From Takakia lepidozioides (lineage: Eukaryota > Plantae > Bryophyta), in contig CM060732.1 in the NCBI GenBank assembly GCA_030704615.1, positions 75,702,001 to 75,766,000 of the forward strand: a stretch of 64,000 nt of DNA, given 5' to 3'. The first letter of the stretch is position 1, and each line of letters starts with the position of its first letter. Positions 1 to 12,900 of this stretch are shown here, piece by piece. Both the position numbers and the translations under genes were made by a program. The notes under the pieces were generated by a model. The model was not told where the DNA came from. It did not search any database and saw nothing but the letters and a program-made list of their open reading frames with translations.

Positions 1-3000
1 AGTACCCACTACCCCACGGGTACCTTCCTCCTGTCGGTTACATGGTGTCCCCTGGACACTGGTTTCTTGTTCACATAGGGCCCACCCCTGAAAAGGGGCG
101 GTAGCCGCAAGGCGAAGTGGCTCTTAGTTGCGCTGGCTTCGGCCAGAGTCTTCTCTCTCTCTCTCTTCTAGAGGGTGGAAGTCTCAACAAGTCTTCAGCA
201 TCGATGGCTGCACATTGGGAGCCAAAAGGAAATATGGGTCTACATGGAAGACCCTACCCAGGAGACCTTGAAAACCTACGTCAGCAGACCCGAGGTTGGG
301 GAGCGACCCAGGTCAGCAGACCAGGGGAAGGAGGACGGCGGCAGAGCGACCGGTTTGGGGGGACCCGCGGAGGGCTGCGCGGTCGGGCCGCGCAGCGTTG
401 GGGCCGCCGCGTAGGGGGCGCGGGCAGGGGGCGACCCGAGGGATGGACACACATGTCAAAGCGTGCGAGTTTAGACACTAAGGCCCCGTCCGCACTGGTG
501 GTTAACTAGCCACTGCTAGCAATGGTTAGTTAGCCATTGTTGAACAATGGTTAGTTAGCCCAGGTTAGAGAGCGGTCGCACTTATGGCTAAAAGTTAGCA
601 GTGGCTAACGAGGGTTATCCCGCGAGCTGCCCGCCAAGCGCCGCTGGAGCTGCCCGTCGAGGCAGAGGACGCCATAGCTGCGAAGCTCGGACTGCTTGCA
701 TCTGTACTTTCGTGGAGCCCAGCTACAGTACGCCAGTTAGGAGCCCTTTTCGAACTTCTTCCCCCTTTCTATGCTACTTCATGCACAAATAGATTTGGCC
801 ACACATGCTCTCCATCTCCTGGTTTTCCTACCCAGCTTGACCAGTCCCACCAAAAGCATTTATCTAGAAAATTCACCTTGTCAACTGCAGCTTCGAATAG
901 TTTGTTCACATAACAAGATGGCATACCACTTAAGGCTGTGCATTGACATGCATAAGTGGCTTCATATCATGCAAGCTTCCTCAATCTGCAGGTTCTGTTC
1001 CACGGTGTTTAGAGAATCTTACTCAAAGAAAAAGTGCTCAAAAGCTACAATAAACATAGGAACTCTTAGGCCACATAAATTTCTTTCGAGAGCAAAACAA
1101 CATTGCAACCCACTTAAGACTGGGGATGGGCACCCAATGGCTGTAAAGGAAAGAAAAGATGGCAGACCATATCACAGCAGATTGCCCACTTTTGCCAAAG
1201 GATCAAAACTAAGCAACAGTACTCGGACAATAGACAATAAGCTTCCGAAAGTTTTCTAGAGCATGGAGATTTTTGGGGACAGCCTGTCATTACTCAACTG
1301 ATTGCTACGCACGAGAGAGAGAGAATTTCGATGAAGCAGGTATGTATGAAAACAGTGGCTCATCGGATTTGACGTCAGGTGCAGGCCTGGATAGAACTCG
1401 TGTGAACAAGTGCAGCACGAGAAGGAACTGGGATGCATAAGGAAAAGCCACCATGCAGAAGTCTTTGTCCTCTAATTTCTGCACTTGGTAACCATGCTGT
1501 TGAGTTCAGTGGTTGACTGTGGAAAAGAGCTTCAGTTCTTAAAACTTTGCACTCATTAAAGTTACCTAGAGTTTGCTTGCAACTCAGTGTTAGTGAAGGT
1601 ACTCTATCTTTACACTAATCATTTCATATCTAGCACAAAAGTATCCAAATCTAAGTGCAAGACTTCAGGTTTGTTTCTATGTCTAGGCATCTAGATTGTT
1701 GATAAACCTTAGTATTCAACAAACCTGTTTTGCATCAGAGTGTTGTGCCTAGAGGAGGAATATGAAAGCAGGGCCAATGACCTTTTAGTGCTTTCAAGGT
1801 GACCATGCCATGATTGAACCTAGTCTAGGCTAATCAGCTTCCATGGTTCAACTTGAAAGACCAAAGATGTAGATAAGTGTCTCTACTGAGGAATATCTTT
1901 CAATGACAATATCTCAGGCTCTTCCCGCTCCTCTTCTACCACAAACTCTGGCTCTAGCACTGTTGGGCCTGTAACATGTACAAGCTGGTAAAATTTTATA
2001 CATTCGTAGTCTGGAATTTTTAAGATGACCTAATGACAAATATTTGTTTGCAATTAGATTACAATGGCTGAGATTTTAGAGAGCTTGAATGACCCCTCTG
2101 GAGCCCTGGTACTTTCTAGTAAATACACATCCAAGCAGTTGAGAAACACCCAAATCCCAGAGGTGCTGGTTCAGCAGCTGGAACCTCAGCTAGATTCACA
2201 CCTGCTGGACTGGCACTTGGTGAGTCCTCTGATTCCTCTGCTGCTACATGTGCTTTGACTGAAGTTGCTTTTCTTCTTGAGTTCCTGTAGCATAACAATT
2301 GACATATATTTGACAAAAGCCTTGTGTGGGCTTGTGATAAGAGACAAACTGAGAGGGTAGTTTTAAACGCATCATTGACTGTCCTCCCGAATCCAAGTAT
2401 TGCAGTAGTATTACAACCAAGGAGAATACATGTTTCTGAAAAAATTATACCATTGACACCAAGTTGTCAAAGAGATCCAGGTCGAATTTCCCATTTAGAA
2501 CAGCAATGTCCACATCAGCAGTGACAGATATCAAACCCACCAGCTTTGGACCTCCCGCTTTCCCTCCGCCTGCAGTCCACGGTCTGAAGTCTGAACTTTC
2601 TTTTTTCGACGAGTCTCAAGGAACATTCATTGCAATCAATCACATCTGATTAACCGATAAGAAATCAACTTGGTGTAATTTTGTAACTCAGATCAGTTTC
2701 TAGAGAATTTTTTCGGACTTCGACTGGATTTAGTCCCATGAAAGTAGTCCTCCTGTGGCGACAGACGGGCGCGAGAAAGGAGGAGAACGGGGAGCGCGTT
2801 GGAATTTTCCATCGGCTGCCCCTCGTGATTAAAGTTAATACGTGGGGCTGGGTAAGGGGAAGGTGGAGGGTCCGTGGTGTTGAGAAAGAAAAGAGAGAGA
2901 CGACTCAAAATGCACTCAAGACCCTACCATGTCTACAATTGTACACTAGGTATTTCTAGATCGGATATCGGGTCGGAATCTACGTCGTGTGCTTGCTACC

Positions 3001-3191
3001 GATAGTCAAAGCAATTTGAGGTGTACTGTGTGCTAATGTTTGGTTTAAGCCTCGTTCCTCTCCAGCAGCATTGTCGTCCAGAATTCCATGGCATCGTCGT
3101 CAACAATTCCATTGCATCGTCTTCGTCTCCAGTTGGTTTCAGAAGGGGGGCTCAGGAGAGAAGAGGAGAAGAGCTGGGATGGACCCGTCAC

Positions 3192-5294
3192 ATGGCATAC
3201 GCCGCCCGTCTTTGTGCAAGAATCATAACAGGGCCTGCCTCACCTCGCTTCGGTAATGCCAATAAAGAGATTACTCAGTTGAGACCCCGCTTGGCACAAC
3301 AGATTTGGAACCAAGGTGGTGGTGACATGGAGACGATGACAGGTAAGAAGATGGTAGCAGTAATTGGTGCAGGTCCGTCAGGCCTTGTGGCTGCCAAGAG
3401 CATGCTTGAGGTCGGAATTTCTCCTATTGTCTTCGACAAGGCACCTGAGCTTGGCGGGATGTGGAACCCCAAGTCGAATTGTTGCTGGGCTTCTTTGAAG
3501 ACCAACATTTCACGATATTCGTGCTGCTTTTCTGACTTCCCGTGGGATTCTGACGCCCCGATATTCCCTTCTCAGCGTCAGATGTGTGAATACCTTGAAG
3601 ATTACGCCAACAAGTTCCTCCAACCTGAACACTTCTCTCTTGGCTCAGAAGTTACTAGTGTCACGAGAGGCAACGATGGGAGGTGGGTTGTACAGTGGTC
3701 ATCTTTGGAGGAAAAAGGATCTGGAGAATTTGACTTTGTGGTGTTTGCGTCGGGGTTCTTCTCCATCCCCCATACACCTAGCATTCCCGGACTCGATGCC
3801 TTTGGTGGCGAAGTCATGCACAGCTCCGAGTACCGCTCGCCAGAAAGATTTAGAGACAAGCGGGTGGTGGTTGTGGGGGCATCACTCAGTTCAGCAGAGG
3901 TAGCAGCGGAGATTGCTACATATGCCACTGAAGTCATCAACGTAGTCGGCCGACCGTTCTGGACTTTTCCACGTTTCGTTGCTCTTCAACCTGATTCTGC
4001 CACCACACCCTTCTTCCCTCTAGACTTGGCCTTCTACCGCCGCTCCAGTCGCACCTCACACAGTAGTGATGAGGAAAAGCATCGGGAGCAAAATCAGTAC
4101 TTGCGCAAGTTGTGCGGTGATCAAGGGGCCCTCAACCCGCAACACGACACTGATCCACCATTTTTCGCAATCTCCGATTCATACCTGGAACTTGTCCGAT
4201 CTAACCGTATTGTGGTTCGACTTGGGAAGGTGCAGGAGGTGCAGGGCCGTGCAGTGATCCTTGAAGATCAGACGATGCTTGCCGACGTTGACTGCATTAT
4301 CTTCTGCACAGGTTTCCGATCGTCAATCCCTTACTTTTCTTCCGAATTGCTTGATATCCTATCCTTCGACCCTGCTGACAGGTTTCTCCCATTCCCCCTA
4401 CACCGTGCCACCTTTCATCCCTCACTTCCTGGGTCCGCATTTGTGGGGATGTACCGGGGCCCTTTTTTAGGCACTATGGAATTGCAAGCGAGGTGGGCAG
4501 CTGCCATCTTTTCTGGGGGATTACCTCCCATACCAGATTCTGTCCAGCAAGAAGGAGTTGCCCTTGAGAAAAAGATCAAAGATCAAACTCCACGACCCCA
4601 ATATCCATATGGGGACTACGTGGGCTTTGTAGACGCCATTGCTGCAGAACTCAATGTTCTCCCCTCAAGGGATTGGTGTAATAAACACGACGTGGTCATC
4701 CCTGCCCACTTTCGTAAAGGAAGTGTGGCAAAAGAAGCTGTGGAAATTCTTGAGAAGGCATGTCAGGAGTTTTCAGAGGGTAAGATGGTATCAAATGCAG
4801 TGTTCCGCTCACTGGCTGGTTCATGGACTCTTCATCGCCGGATTGAAAACCGAATGGATTCTGCCCAATCTGGGATGGTTGAGGGGACGGCAACCTTCTC
4901 TGCCACAGCCTCGTCCAATGAATATCTCTACAGTGAGGTTGGGGAGCTTGCCATTGAGGGGGGGCAGCACTTCCGAGTGCATCGCAAGTATGTGTATGTG
5001 TATGACACACAAGCTAACCAGATTGATGTGTTTTTTGAAAATCAAGGGATCCGGGGCTCCTTTTTCCATTCTCTTCACTTCCTGTCCCGCACAGAAAATA
5101 GAGCAATTGATAAAGGGGCAAGTGAGATGTCTGAGGGTTGGAGGGCAGAGGGACAACACCTATGCAGCGAAGATATGTACAATGCTTCATATCGATTTGA
5201 TTTCCAAGGTAATAGCCTTGCAAAGATGGAGATCTCATATTCCGTCATGGGGCCCAGGAAGAACTATACCTCCACTGCCACTTATATTCGATGA
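3192..5294 (+). CDS. Class B flavin-containing monooxygenase (FMO-like) with C-terminal DUF6314-like domain; intronless
   Basis: FAD motif IGAGPSGL, FMO fingerprint FGGEVMHSSEY, NADPH-site VVGASLSSAE, FCTGF motif. C-terminal ~160 aa (LAGSWTLHRRI...YLYSEVGEL...HLCSEDMYNASYRF...VMGPRKNYTSTATYIR) resemble DUF6314. ORF is open from 3021; likely ATG at 3192 or 3328. Confidence 0.88.
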   Translation: MAYAARLCARIITGPASPRFGNANKEITQLRPRLAQQIWNQGGGDMETMTGKKMVAVIGAGPSGLVAAKSMLEVGISPIVFDKAPELGGMWNPKSNCCWASLKTNISRYSCCFSDFPWDSDAPIFPSQRQMCEYLEDYANKFLQPEHFSLGSEVTSVTRGNDGRWVVQWSSLEEKGSGEFDFVVFASGFFSIPHTPSIPGLDAFGGEVMHSSEYRSPERFRDKRVVVVGASLSSAEVAAEIATYATEVINVVGRPFWTFPRFVALQPDSATTPFFPLDLAFYRRSSRTSHSSDEEKHREQNQYLRKLCGDQGALNPQHDTDPPFFAISDSYLELVRSNRIVVRLGKVQEVQGRAVILEDQTMLADVDCIIFCTGFRSSIPYFSSELLDILSFDPADRFLPFPLHRATFHPSLPGSAFVGMYRGPFLGTMELQARWAAAIFSGGLPPIPDSVQQEGVALEKKIKDQTPRPQYPYGDYVGFVDAIAAELNVLPSRDWCNKHDVVIPAHFRKGSVAKEAVEILEKACQEFSEGKMVSNAVFRSLAGSWTLHRRIENRMDSAQSGMVEGTATFSATASSNEYLYSEVGELAIEGGQHFRVHRKYVYVYDTQANQIDVFFENQGIRGSFFHSLHFLSRTENRAIDKGASEMSEGWRAEGQHLCSEDMYNASYRFDFQGNSLAKMEISYSVMGPRKNYTSTATYIR

Positions 5295-8200
5295 CCATCG
5301 AAGATCTCTATTACAGTCTCCATGCATTGCACAGTATGCAGATGTTTTGAGAGCAGAAGGTTTGAGAGCAGAAGGTGGGCCCTTATCTCAAACTTTGACT
5401 CCTCCTGGGCCAGAGGTGGAATTATCTGCCAGAGGTCCTCCCTTTCCAGCGCAATCTGGAGCACTCAACCTCCCACACCTGTTCCCCTGGCCCTCCCCTG
5501 GTGCCACAAGAACAATCATAACTCCAAGATCAAGGCTCACTTGAATTTTGAGAAGCTGCGCCGCCAACGTTGATTTTATTCAGCTTTAGAGACCCTTGGT
5601 CTGGTCTCTCTTTTAGCTCTCTAGCAGGTTTTCTCTGCTAGGAGTTGCATCTTCTAGATTTGGCCTTAGAGCTTGGAGGGGTTTCTGAGGCTTCTCCTAG
5701 TTTAGGCTCGATCTACCATTCTATGTTGAGAAGGCTTCTTAGCTTGCTGATTGACTTGAACCGTCGTCATTGTAACTTGCCAATCGAGGTGGCTTTCTGT
5801 CATGGTTATCATTTCCATGACTCCTTTTAATATGATTTAAAGGGCCTCCGTCCGCTGTTTTATAAAAACAAATCCTTGGTGCACCCCACATTAATTGTGT
5901 TTTTAGTGTGGGGAAAAATTAAACCCTTCATATACAAGCCATATGGCAGGTGACGACGGAGGATCTAAGAGCCAATGCCCAAAGCTACACTAGGAGGGGG
6001 AGGAGGGAGAGAGGAGCTGACCAACAGGGCAACCAGCAACAAGAAGTTGGGGACATCAATATGAGCCAAAGCAAAGAAGAGCCAAGAGACTAACTAAGCA
6101 ACAAATGCATGGATCTCAGCAAAATGCAAAGCTCCAGAAGAGTCTTCAAAGACAGAGCTAGGCAACTGACTAGCAAGTCATCAAAAGAAATCTGAGCTAC
6201 GGGGGGACAAGGTGGAATGAAAGTGGTGCTCCCTTCTAAGTCCGACAACGATGGGAGAGGAATATAGAAGATAGAAGATCCGATTGGATAGCCAACTTGA
6301 GGAAAAGAAGCTGCCACCCAGCCCACAGTCGAAACCATCGGAGAGGCTGGGAGAAGAGAGGGAGAGAGGAAAGAGCGATAAAATAATGGAGAAATCATTT
6401 ATGTTATCAAGTGAGCCTTTGCCTTGCCACGATGGCTCCTTTGCCCCTATCCTCAAATTCAGGGGACAGGAAAATTGCTAACAAGATTCCTTCTACTGGG
6501 TTTTTTCCCTTTTCTTTTCTTCCTCTCACAGGGCGGCTTCAACTTGGACCAGTCTCTCTGCAAGTATTACCACCTTGGCATGCGGGAAACTTTGGAGCAC
6601 TGCTTAATAACTTGTCATCTGGCCTGTTCTAATGGGCTGAAAACTCTTGGATTTTTGTCAGATTTGGAGAGTGGGGCCACTTTTCTTGACTTGTAAATTT
6701 CAACTCTGCTTCTCGAACTCTAGTTCTTTTAGGTGTCATCTTTGGTGTAAAATTTAGTCTCCCCCTTAGCCTCCCTGTTTTCAGTTCTTTGGAGAAAAGC
6801 CGAAATTTTGGTAGTCCTATGCTTATCCCAAACATGTGTCTTGCTTAAAATAGGAGCTGAGCTCATGCCAGACCACGTTCTTTCTCATTCGCTGATATGC
6901 TTAGTGTTCTCAGTTTGCCATATGAGCCAAGACGAACTTCATAAGCAAGAAAGGGAAAAGATTTATTCCCAACCCTCCGACGTGGTTGAGGGGGGGACTT
7001 CAATGGGGCAGGTCCCAAGGAGAGTCTATCAGACCCCGAACCAATAGAGAACTTGTTAATGAGAACCCTCAAGTGGGAATGGGTCCTCTGTCCAGGCAGC
7101 CCCCTGTGTCTTTGGCCCAGGAGAAGGACCCTGCATATATCTGATCCAATCTGACTGAATGGCACCAACAATCAATCCAAAGATGTAGAGACTACAGACC
7201 CCACCTTTGTCCAAAGCAAGGTGATTAGATCATAAATGGGAGCTGCTACATATATCAGCATATTTCCAGTAAGACCTGTAAGCCAAGCCCTTGCCATCCT
7301 TCAACAATGGACATAGATTAGAATTATGAAACAAATATTGATGAGGAATGTCTTCTTTGGAGGCCAGGGTCCTTGTGTCACTCTTATTTCTGGATGAGTT
7401 CTATGGCCAATTGTGTCTTGCTCTTTCTCGCGCACCTTCACTTTCCCCTGGGAATGGTGTTTGGGTTTGGGTGCAAGACTCTCTTCTATCTCCTTACACT
7501 GTTTTCACAGCCAACAATTGATCCATATCCTTTTTTAGGATGTTTGTGTTTGGGTGCAAGATTTGTCTCTTCTTCACTCTCCCTTTGGACATGTCTTGTT
7601 TGTATCCTCATATGGATGGGCCTAGGAATGCTTGCCAGTATTATTCTCCTGCGTGCTCTGCAGCACGGACATCATTAGCCCCTAAAGCCCTACAGCTTTT
7701 CTCACCCTTGACTCACCTTTTCATTGATAACTTAAAACATGCTGAGAAATCATGTTCCTCACATCCTAGGCTATCTCTACCTAAAATGCCATCATTTTCC
7801 AACTGCAATTACAGGGGTTGGGGATGAGCGATGATGAGCCGCGGTGACCTGGTGAGCGTTTTTTAGGTTCAGACAAGAGAATCTAATCAGACCTGTAGGT
7901 TCGACAAGGTTTATAGGTTCGGCGCCCATAAGATGGCTTCGGATATAGGTTCAGCTTAGGATCAGAAATAGGCTCTGGCTTGGTTCTCTGTCGAACCACA
8001 CATACATAGTGTAATGTGTGGTTCGCTGGATACATAAAGCCGAACCTAATACCACACCAAACTCCAACCCAAACAAAATACAAAAACAAATGCTCATGCA
8101 TACAAATTAATGTGAGCACATAATTTATTATATCTGGAAATCTTTAAATTGTGCTCACATAATATTCACTCTTGATTTTATGCTCACCAAAATTTCGGTC

Positions 8201-8533
8201 TGCTCACCTGCTCACCAACTACCAACACCCACAGAAACTTTTCATGCTCACATATGGGAGATTCCCTTTAAAGACCTGTAACTCTTCACTCGCCCTCGTT
8301 TCAGAGGGCTTATCCAATGGGCCACCCCTCTGAAGATAGGATCTCCCCCACCGATCAACTCTTGGGGCTGTGGCAGCACTTCTAGCTTGCATTCAGTGTC
8401 GCCCCTGAATCATACCCCTCGCACAGAATCTAAAAGCCAGCACGGGGAATCTATAGCCAAGGAACCTAAATCCTATGCAAGAAAGGTATTGTAACCTAGC
8501 ATATACATTTTATCCATATACATGCAGTATCTA

Positions 8534-8811
8534 TACATCTAGACATATGGACTGGTTCAGCAGGTAGGTTCGGGCAGTCTGTTTTCTTCGGCAATGTTTT
8601 CTGGAACTGCTGTAGCTGCGCTCTATCTTGTATTAGCTGTCCAAACACCATCGTAGTAGTTTTAAGTTATGTTTTGGACAGCTAAGAAGCAGCTCCCTCT
8701 TGCAGACGCAACGAGGTTGAATGGGACGAGATAGAGCCCTGATATAACAACTCCAGAAAACCTGGCCAAGAAGACAACCACCCGAACCTACCCTCCCAAA
8801 TGTCTAAATGT
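8534..8811. repeat. ~280-bp imperfect fold-back (MITE-like or hairpin RNA precursor)
   Basis: Arms TACATCTAGACATATGG..GGTAGGTTCGGG..TTTTCTGGA..GCTCTATCT pair with AGATAGAGC..TCCAGAAAA..CCCGAACCTACC..CCAAATGTCTAAATGTA; inner stem TAGCTGTCCAAA/TTTGGACAGCTA; TA at both ends. Confidence 0.6.
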
Positions 8812-9459
8812 AATCTACCTATTGAGCACACTCTGGAGGATGTCGATCCAGAGTTGGCTGCTTTGCACCAGTTGCCTGAACCGGGGGATATATCTGCACA
8901 GATTCAGCCAACTGGGAATACTCAATATAGTCTATGGACGTAAGGGATAATCATCTGACTCTTATACCCTTGATGCTCGACTCTGATTATAAGGTCACCC
9001 TTGATAATATTCTGGAAATTGATATTTACAATTGGTCGAGGATGTGAATTGATTGCTCCCGCTCGACCTGCCCCTAGATTGGGCAAGGGGCCCTTCCAAC
9101 CCCAGCTCTTCAGGGGAGTGCTCCGCCAGGATAACCCATTCCACCAGAAAATGGACACCCTTACACATTGAATTTCCAAAGCCAGGGAACCTGTACAGGC
9201 TTGCCGCAAAAGTTATAGGCCGTCACCTGGGGGAATTGGGGCAAAATCTGGCAAGTAGTATCACATAAAATTCCCAAAGTCCCATGTCTTGTTTCATTTT
9301 TCACACATCACCACAATTCAGGGCTCTATTAATTTCGTGAGTCCCATACTCATCGTCTTTGCTTCATGGTCAACTTTCCCAGGGAACGGTCATGAACCTA
9401 GCACCTGCAAAGTTGTAATGAATGAAACAAAACACTTGCACCATACAAGAAAAAGATCC

Positions 9460-9815
9460 TCTCACAAGTTCTCCCTACAAGAACAAATGCCATCTTCGAA
9501 GTGGCGAAAGCCATTGGCATCCTGTACAACAATTGCTCACTCAACAAAAATTTAAGATGAACTTGGTGGCATGGGGACTCAACACACACCTGAAGGTTCT
9601 TGTTGACAAGACGAGCCATCCCTAGGGCGGTGCTGATGAGCCCAATAGGACTGGCCAGCTTCTCACAGTGATGTCAAAAAGAAAATTCCTTTCTGCTCCT
9701 TCTGCAGCCCATGCTGATCTTGATGCAGGAGCAACGTGACTCCGATACATCTGATTTTCACCATTTTTCTCACCTGTGCAGTATTGTTCCATCTGCCAGC
9801 TGCAGAATACATGTT
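9460..9815 (-). pseudogene. Degenerate duplicate E2-DYW remnant directly downstream of the intact PPR-DYW gene
   Basis: Minus strand reads YSAAGRWNNTAQVRKM...HHCEKLA..IGLIST...KNLQVC...AIVVQDANGFRHFEDGICSC with frameshifts and stops. Confidence 0.8.
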
Positions 9816-9949
9816 TGATAGCCACACTTCCTTCGTATATTTTCATATACACATAGATACTCGATAGCTGACCTTTGCAGGCAATGGTATTTAACCAGCA
9901 GCTGCATAGTTTACTAAAAGAAAGCAAGACACTTGCACCTTACACAATT

Positions 9950-12900
9950 TCACCAGTAGTCCCCACAAGAACAAACCCCATCTTTGAAGTGGTGAAAATG
10001 GTTGGCATCCCGTACAACAATTGCTCTCCCAACAATCTTTGAGATGAACTTGGTGGCTGTGTGGCAGTCACCACACACCCGAAGGTTCTTGATGACACGA
10101 AGAGTAGTCCCTGGGATTGTGCTGATCAACCCAAAAGCAATGGCCAGTTTCTCACTGTGGTGGCAAAGAGAGAATTCCTTTTGCTCCTCCTCCACATCAT
10201 GCAATACAAAGCGCATGTCAGGTACATACCCTGCCTCCTTCATCTTCCCATACAATCTTCTTAGCTCAGCATGTATTTCCTCTATTTGCGGATGCAATTT
10301 GTCGCCTACTAGGAAAGCATGCATCCTGTTATCCACCTCAATGTAGCTCTGCCCTGGCTCCTTTCTGACACACCTGTCTTTCATCATTTTCCTCACCTTT
10401 GCAGTATCATCCCACCTGTCAGCTGCGGCATAGATATTAGATAGCATCACATAAGTTGTAGCATCCTGGCGATCCCACTTGAGAATAGATTTTGCTGCAC
10501 GTTCTGCAACCTCCACATTGCCATGAATTCTGCTGGCACCAAGCAAGGCTTTCCACACCATAGCATCGGGTTGGACTGGCATTTTGTCAATGAAGTCCTC
10601 AGCCTCATCCAGTCGCCCAGCACGGCCAAGAAGGTCCACCATGCAGCCAAAATGTTCCACTGAAGGGGTGAGGCCATGATCTTGACGCAGGGAATCGAAG
10701 TAGTGTCTGCCTTCATCCACTAGGCCCCCATGGCTACATGCTTGGAGAACACAAATAAAAGTGACACTGTTTGGCTTCCAGCCTTCCTTTTGCATTTCTT
10801 CGAAAAGTTGGAGGGCCTCCCTACGACAACCATGCTGGGCATATCCTGCAATCATTGCACTCCATGACACAACATTTCGTTTGGCCATATTCTCAAACAC
10901 TTCTTTTGCATCCTTGAGGCTCCCGCATTTGGCATACATGTCCACAAGGGCAGTATTCAGAATCCTATTTGGTACAATTCCAGCTTTCATGATGTCCGCA
11001 TGAACATATTTGCCCTTTTCTAGGGCTGCCAGGCTTGCACACGCATTACAAATGCAGACAAACGTGACCTGGTCTGGCTTCACCTTTTCCTGGAGCATTT
11101 GCTCATATGTCGCCAAAGCATCCAATGCACGCCTCTTCTGGGCATATCCTGCAGTGATCGCATTCCATGACACCACATCTCGTTCAGACATATTGTCAAA
11201 CACTAACTTCGCATCCTCAATGCTCCCACATTTGGCATACATGTCCACGAGGGCAGTATTCAAAATCATATTTGGTACAATTCCAGCTTCCATGATGTCC
11301 GCATGGACCTCTCTGGCCTTCTCCAGGGCTGCGAGGCTTGCACAGGCATTGCATATGCAGGTAAATGTGGACTGGTCTGGTTTCACACCTTCCCACATCA
11401 TTTGTTCATAAGCCTCCAAAGCCTCCATCCCGCACCCATGCTGGGTATATCCTGAGATCATCGCACTCCATGACACCACATTTCGTTCAGCCATATTGGC
11501 AAACACCTCTTGTGCATCCTTGAGGCTCCCGCATTTGGCATACATGTCCACAAGGGTAGTATTCAGAATCATGTTTGGTACAATTCCAGTTTTCACGATG
11601 TCAACATGGACCTTTTTCCCCTTTTCCAGGGCTACAAGGCTCGCACACGCCTTGCAAACACAAACAAACGTGACCTGGTTGGGCTTCACTCCTTCCCGCA
11701 TCATTTGCTCATAGGTATCCAAGGCATTCTCACCACATCCATGCTTGACAAATCCTGACATCATTATGTTCCACGTGACCAAACCTCGTTTAGGCATTTT
11801 TTCAAATACTCGGTATGCATCCAAGATGCTCCCACATTTCACATACATGTTGAGAAGGGTGTTGTGTAGAAACACATTTGGCCTCAATCCACTTTGGATA
11901 ATGTGAGAGTGCACCTGCTTTCCGGCTGCTAGGCCTTTCATTTCAATGCACTTATGCAAGAGGGCGACATAAGCATTTGAATCTGCTGAGATGCCTCTTT
12001 GGTTGAAAAGTTGCAGAGCCTCATTCACTCGTCCTGCCTCACATAGTGTTCTCACACGCCCAGAAGCACCAGAAAATTCCTTGTGGGCTCCCTTGGTTGG
12101 TTGTTCTTCTGAGGCGGTGGTTATGGTGGGGGTGCCTGATTTTATCAACTGTGCTGCTGGTGATACTTCCAGTTGACCATCTACCCACGCAGGTGTCTTG
12201 TGGCTATCAATCCACAGTGGTTCATTAGTACTCTTGTGTCTCAAATCCGGGCCTCTTGGATTGACCTGGACCCACATTCTATCCCTGTCTTCTTCAGTTA
12301 TCCCTGCCTCAGCAACAATAATGCATAGATCCTCCCCTTTGCTGGCTGACAATGGCAGCCTAGAATTTCTATAGCAAACACCCCAACCCCACTTAACACA
12401 CACTACTCCCCATGCTGAATTGCTGACAAGACTTCAACATGTATTGGCAACAGGGGGAGGACGACCATTTCTACGGAAACTTTTCAATGCAATTTTGTTG
12501 TCTGCTTCTACTTCTGCTGCAAGGTAACAGACAAATCACCTTTCTGCCTCGATGGTCCCACCATTGACTTGGGTTTGAAGAATATTCCTTCCAAACCTTT
12601 CCATCTCTGTTGTTGGTTTTAGGATATTTGCCTGCAACCCCATTCACAGTAACAACTCAAAAAATGCTTGGAACCACCATAGATCCACATAAGACTCACT
12701 TACAAGACCCATGATGAGAAAGTAGGGAAGAATCTGATACTACACGGCTATGCTTGTTGAAGAAGAAGGTGCCCTCACCATATTGTGCTTGACCTTGTGT
12801 CATGAAAGCAGGTAGCACTCTTTCACCCCCGGAGGATTCAACCAATCCGACCTCTTGTATGCGCTGCTGAAGTCTGTCGCCTGGTGATCTTCGATTGGTC

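Noticed and set aside
479-620. Harbinger/Tourist-like left end (TAA GGCCCCGTCCGCACT); also piggyBac-like TTAACCCTT at ~23233
   Set aside because: No matching opposite terminus found in the window.
2100-2640. Possible degenerate gene fragment on the minus strand (GPKLVGLISVTADVD..)
   Set aside because: Contains a stop and could not be assigned to a family with confidence.
4639-5544. 301-aa overlapping ORF in an alternate frame of the FMO gene
   Set aside because: No recognisable motifs and a non-ATG start; likely a chance open frame.
9950-10360. U-to-C (DYW:KP-type) editing domain
   Set aside because: PG box, HSEKLA and terminal DYW are canonical for the C-to-U type.
12266-12403. ORF-track N-termini of the PPR proteins (MCVKWG.., and MRVVVEAW.. 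at 15727)
   Set aside because: Non-ATG starts reading through intron sequence upstream of the AG acceptors.
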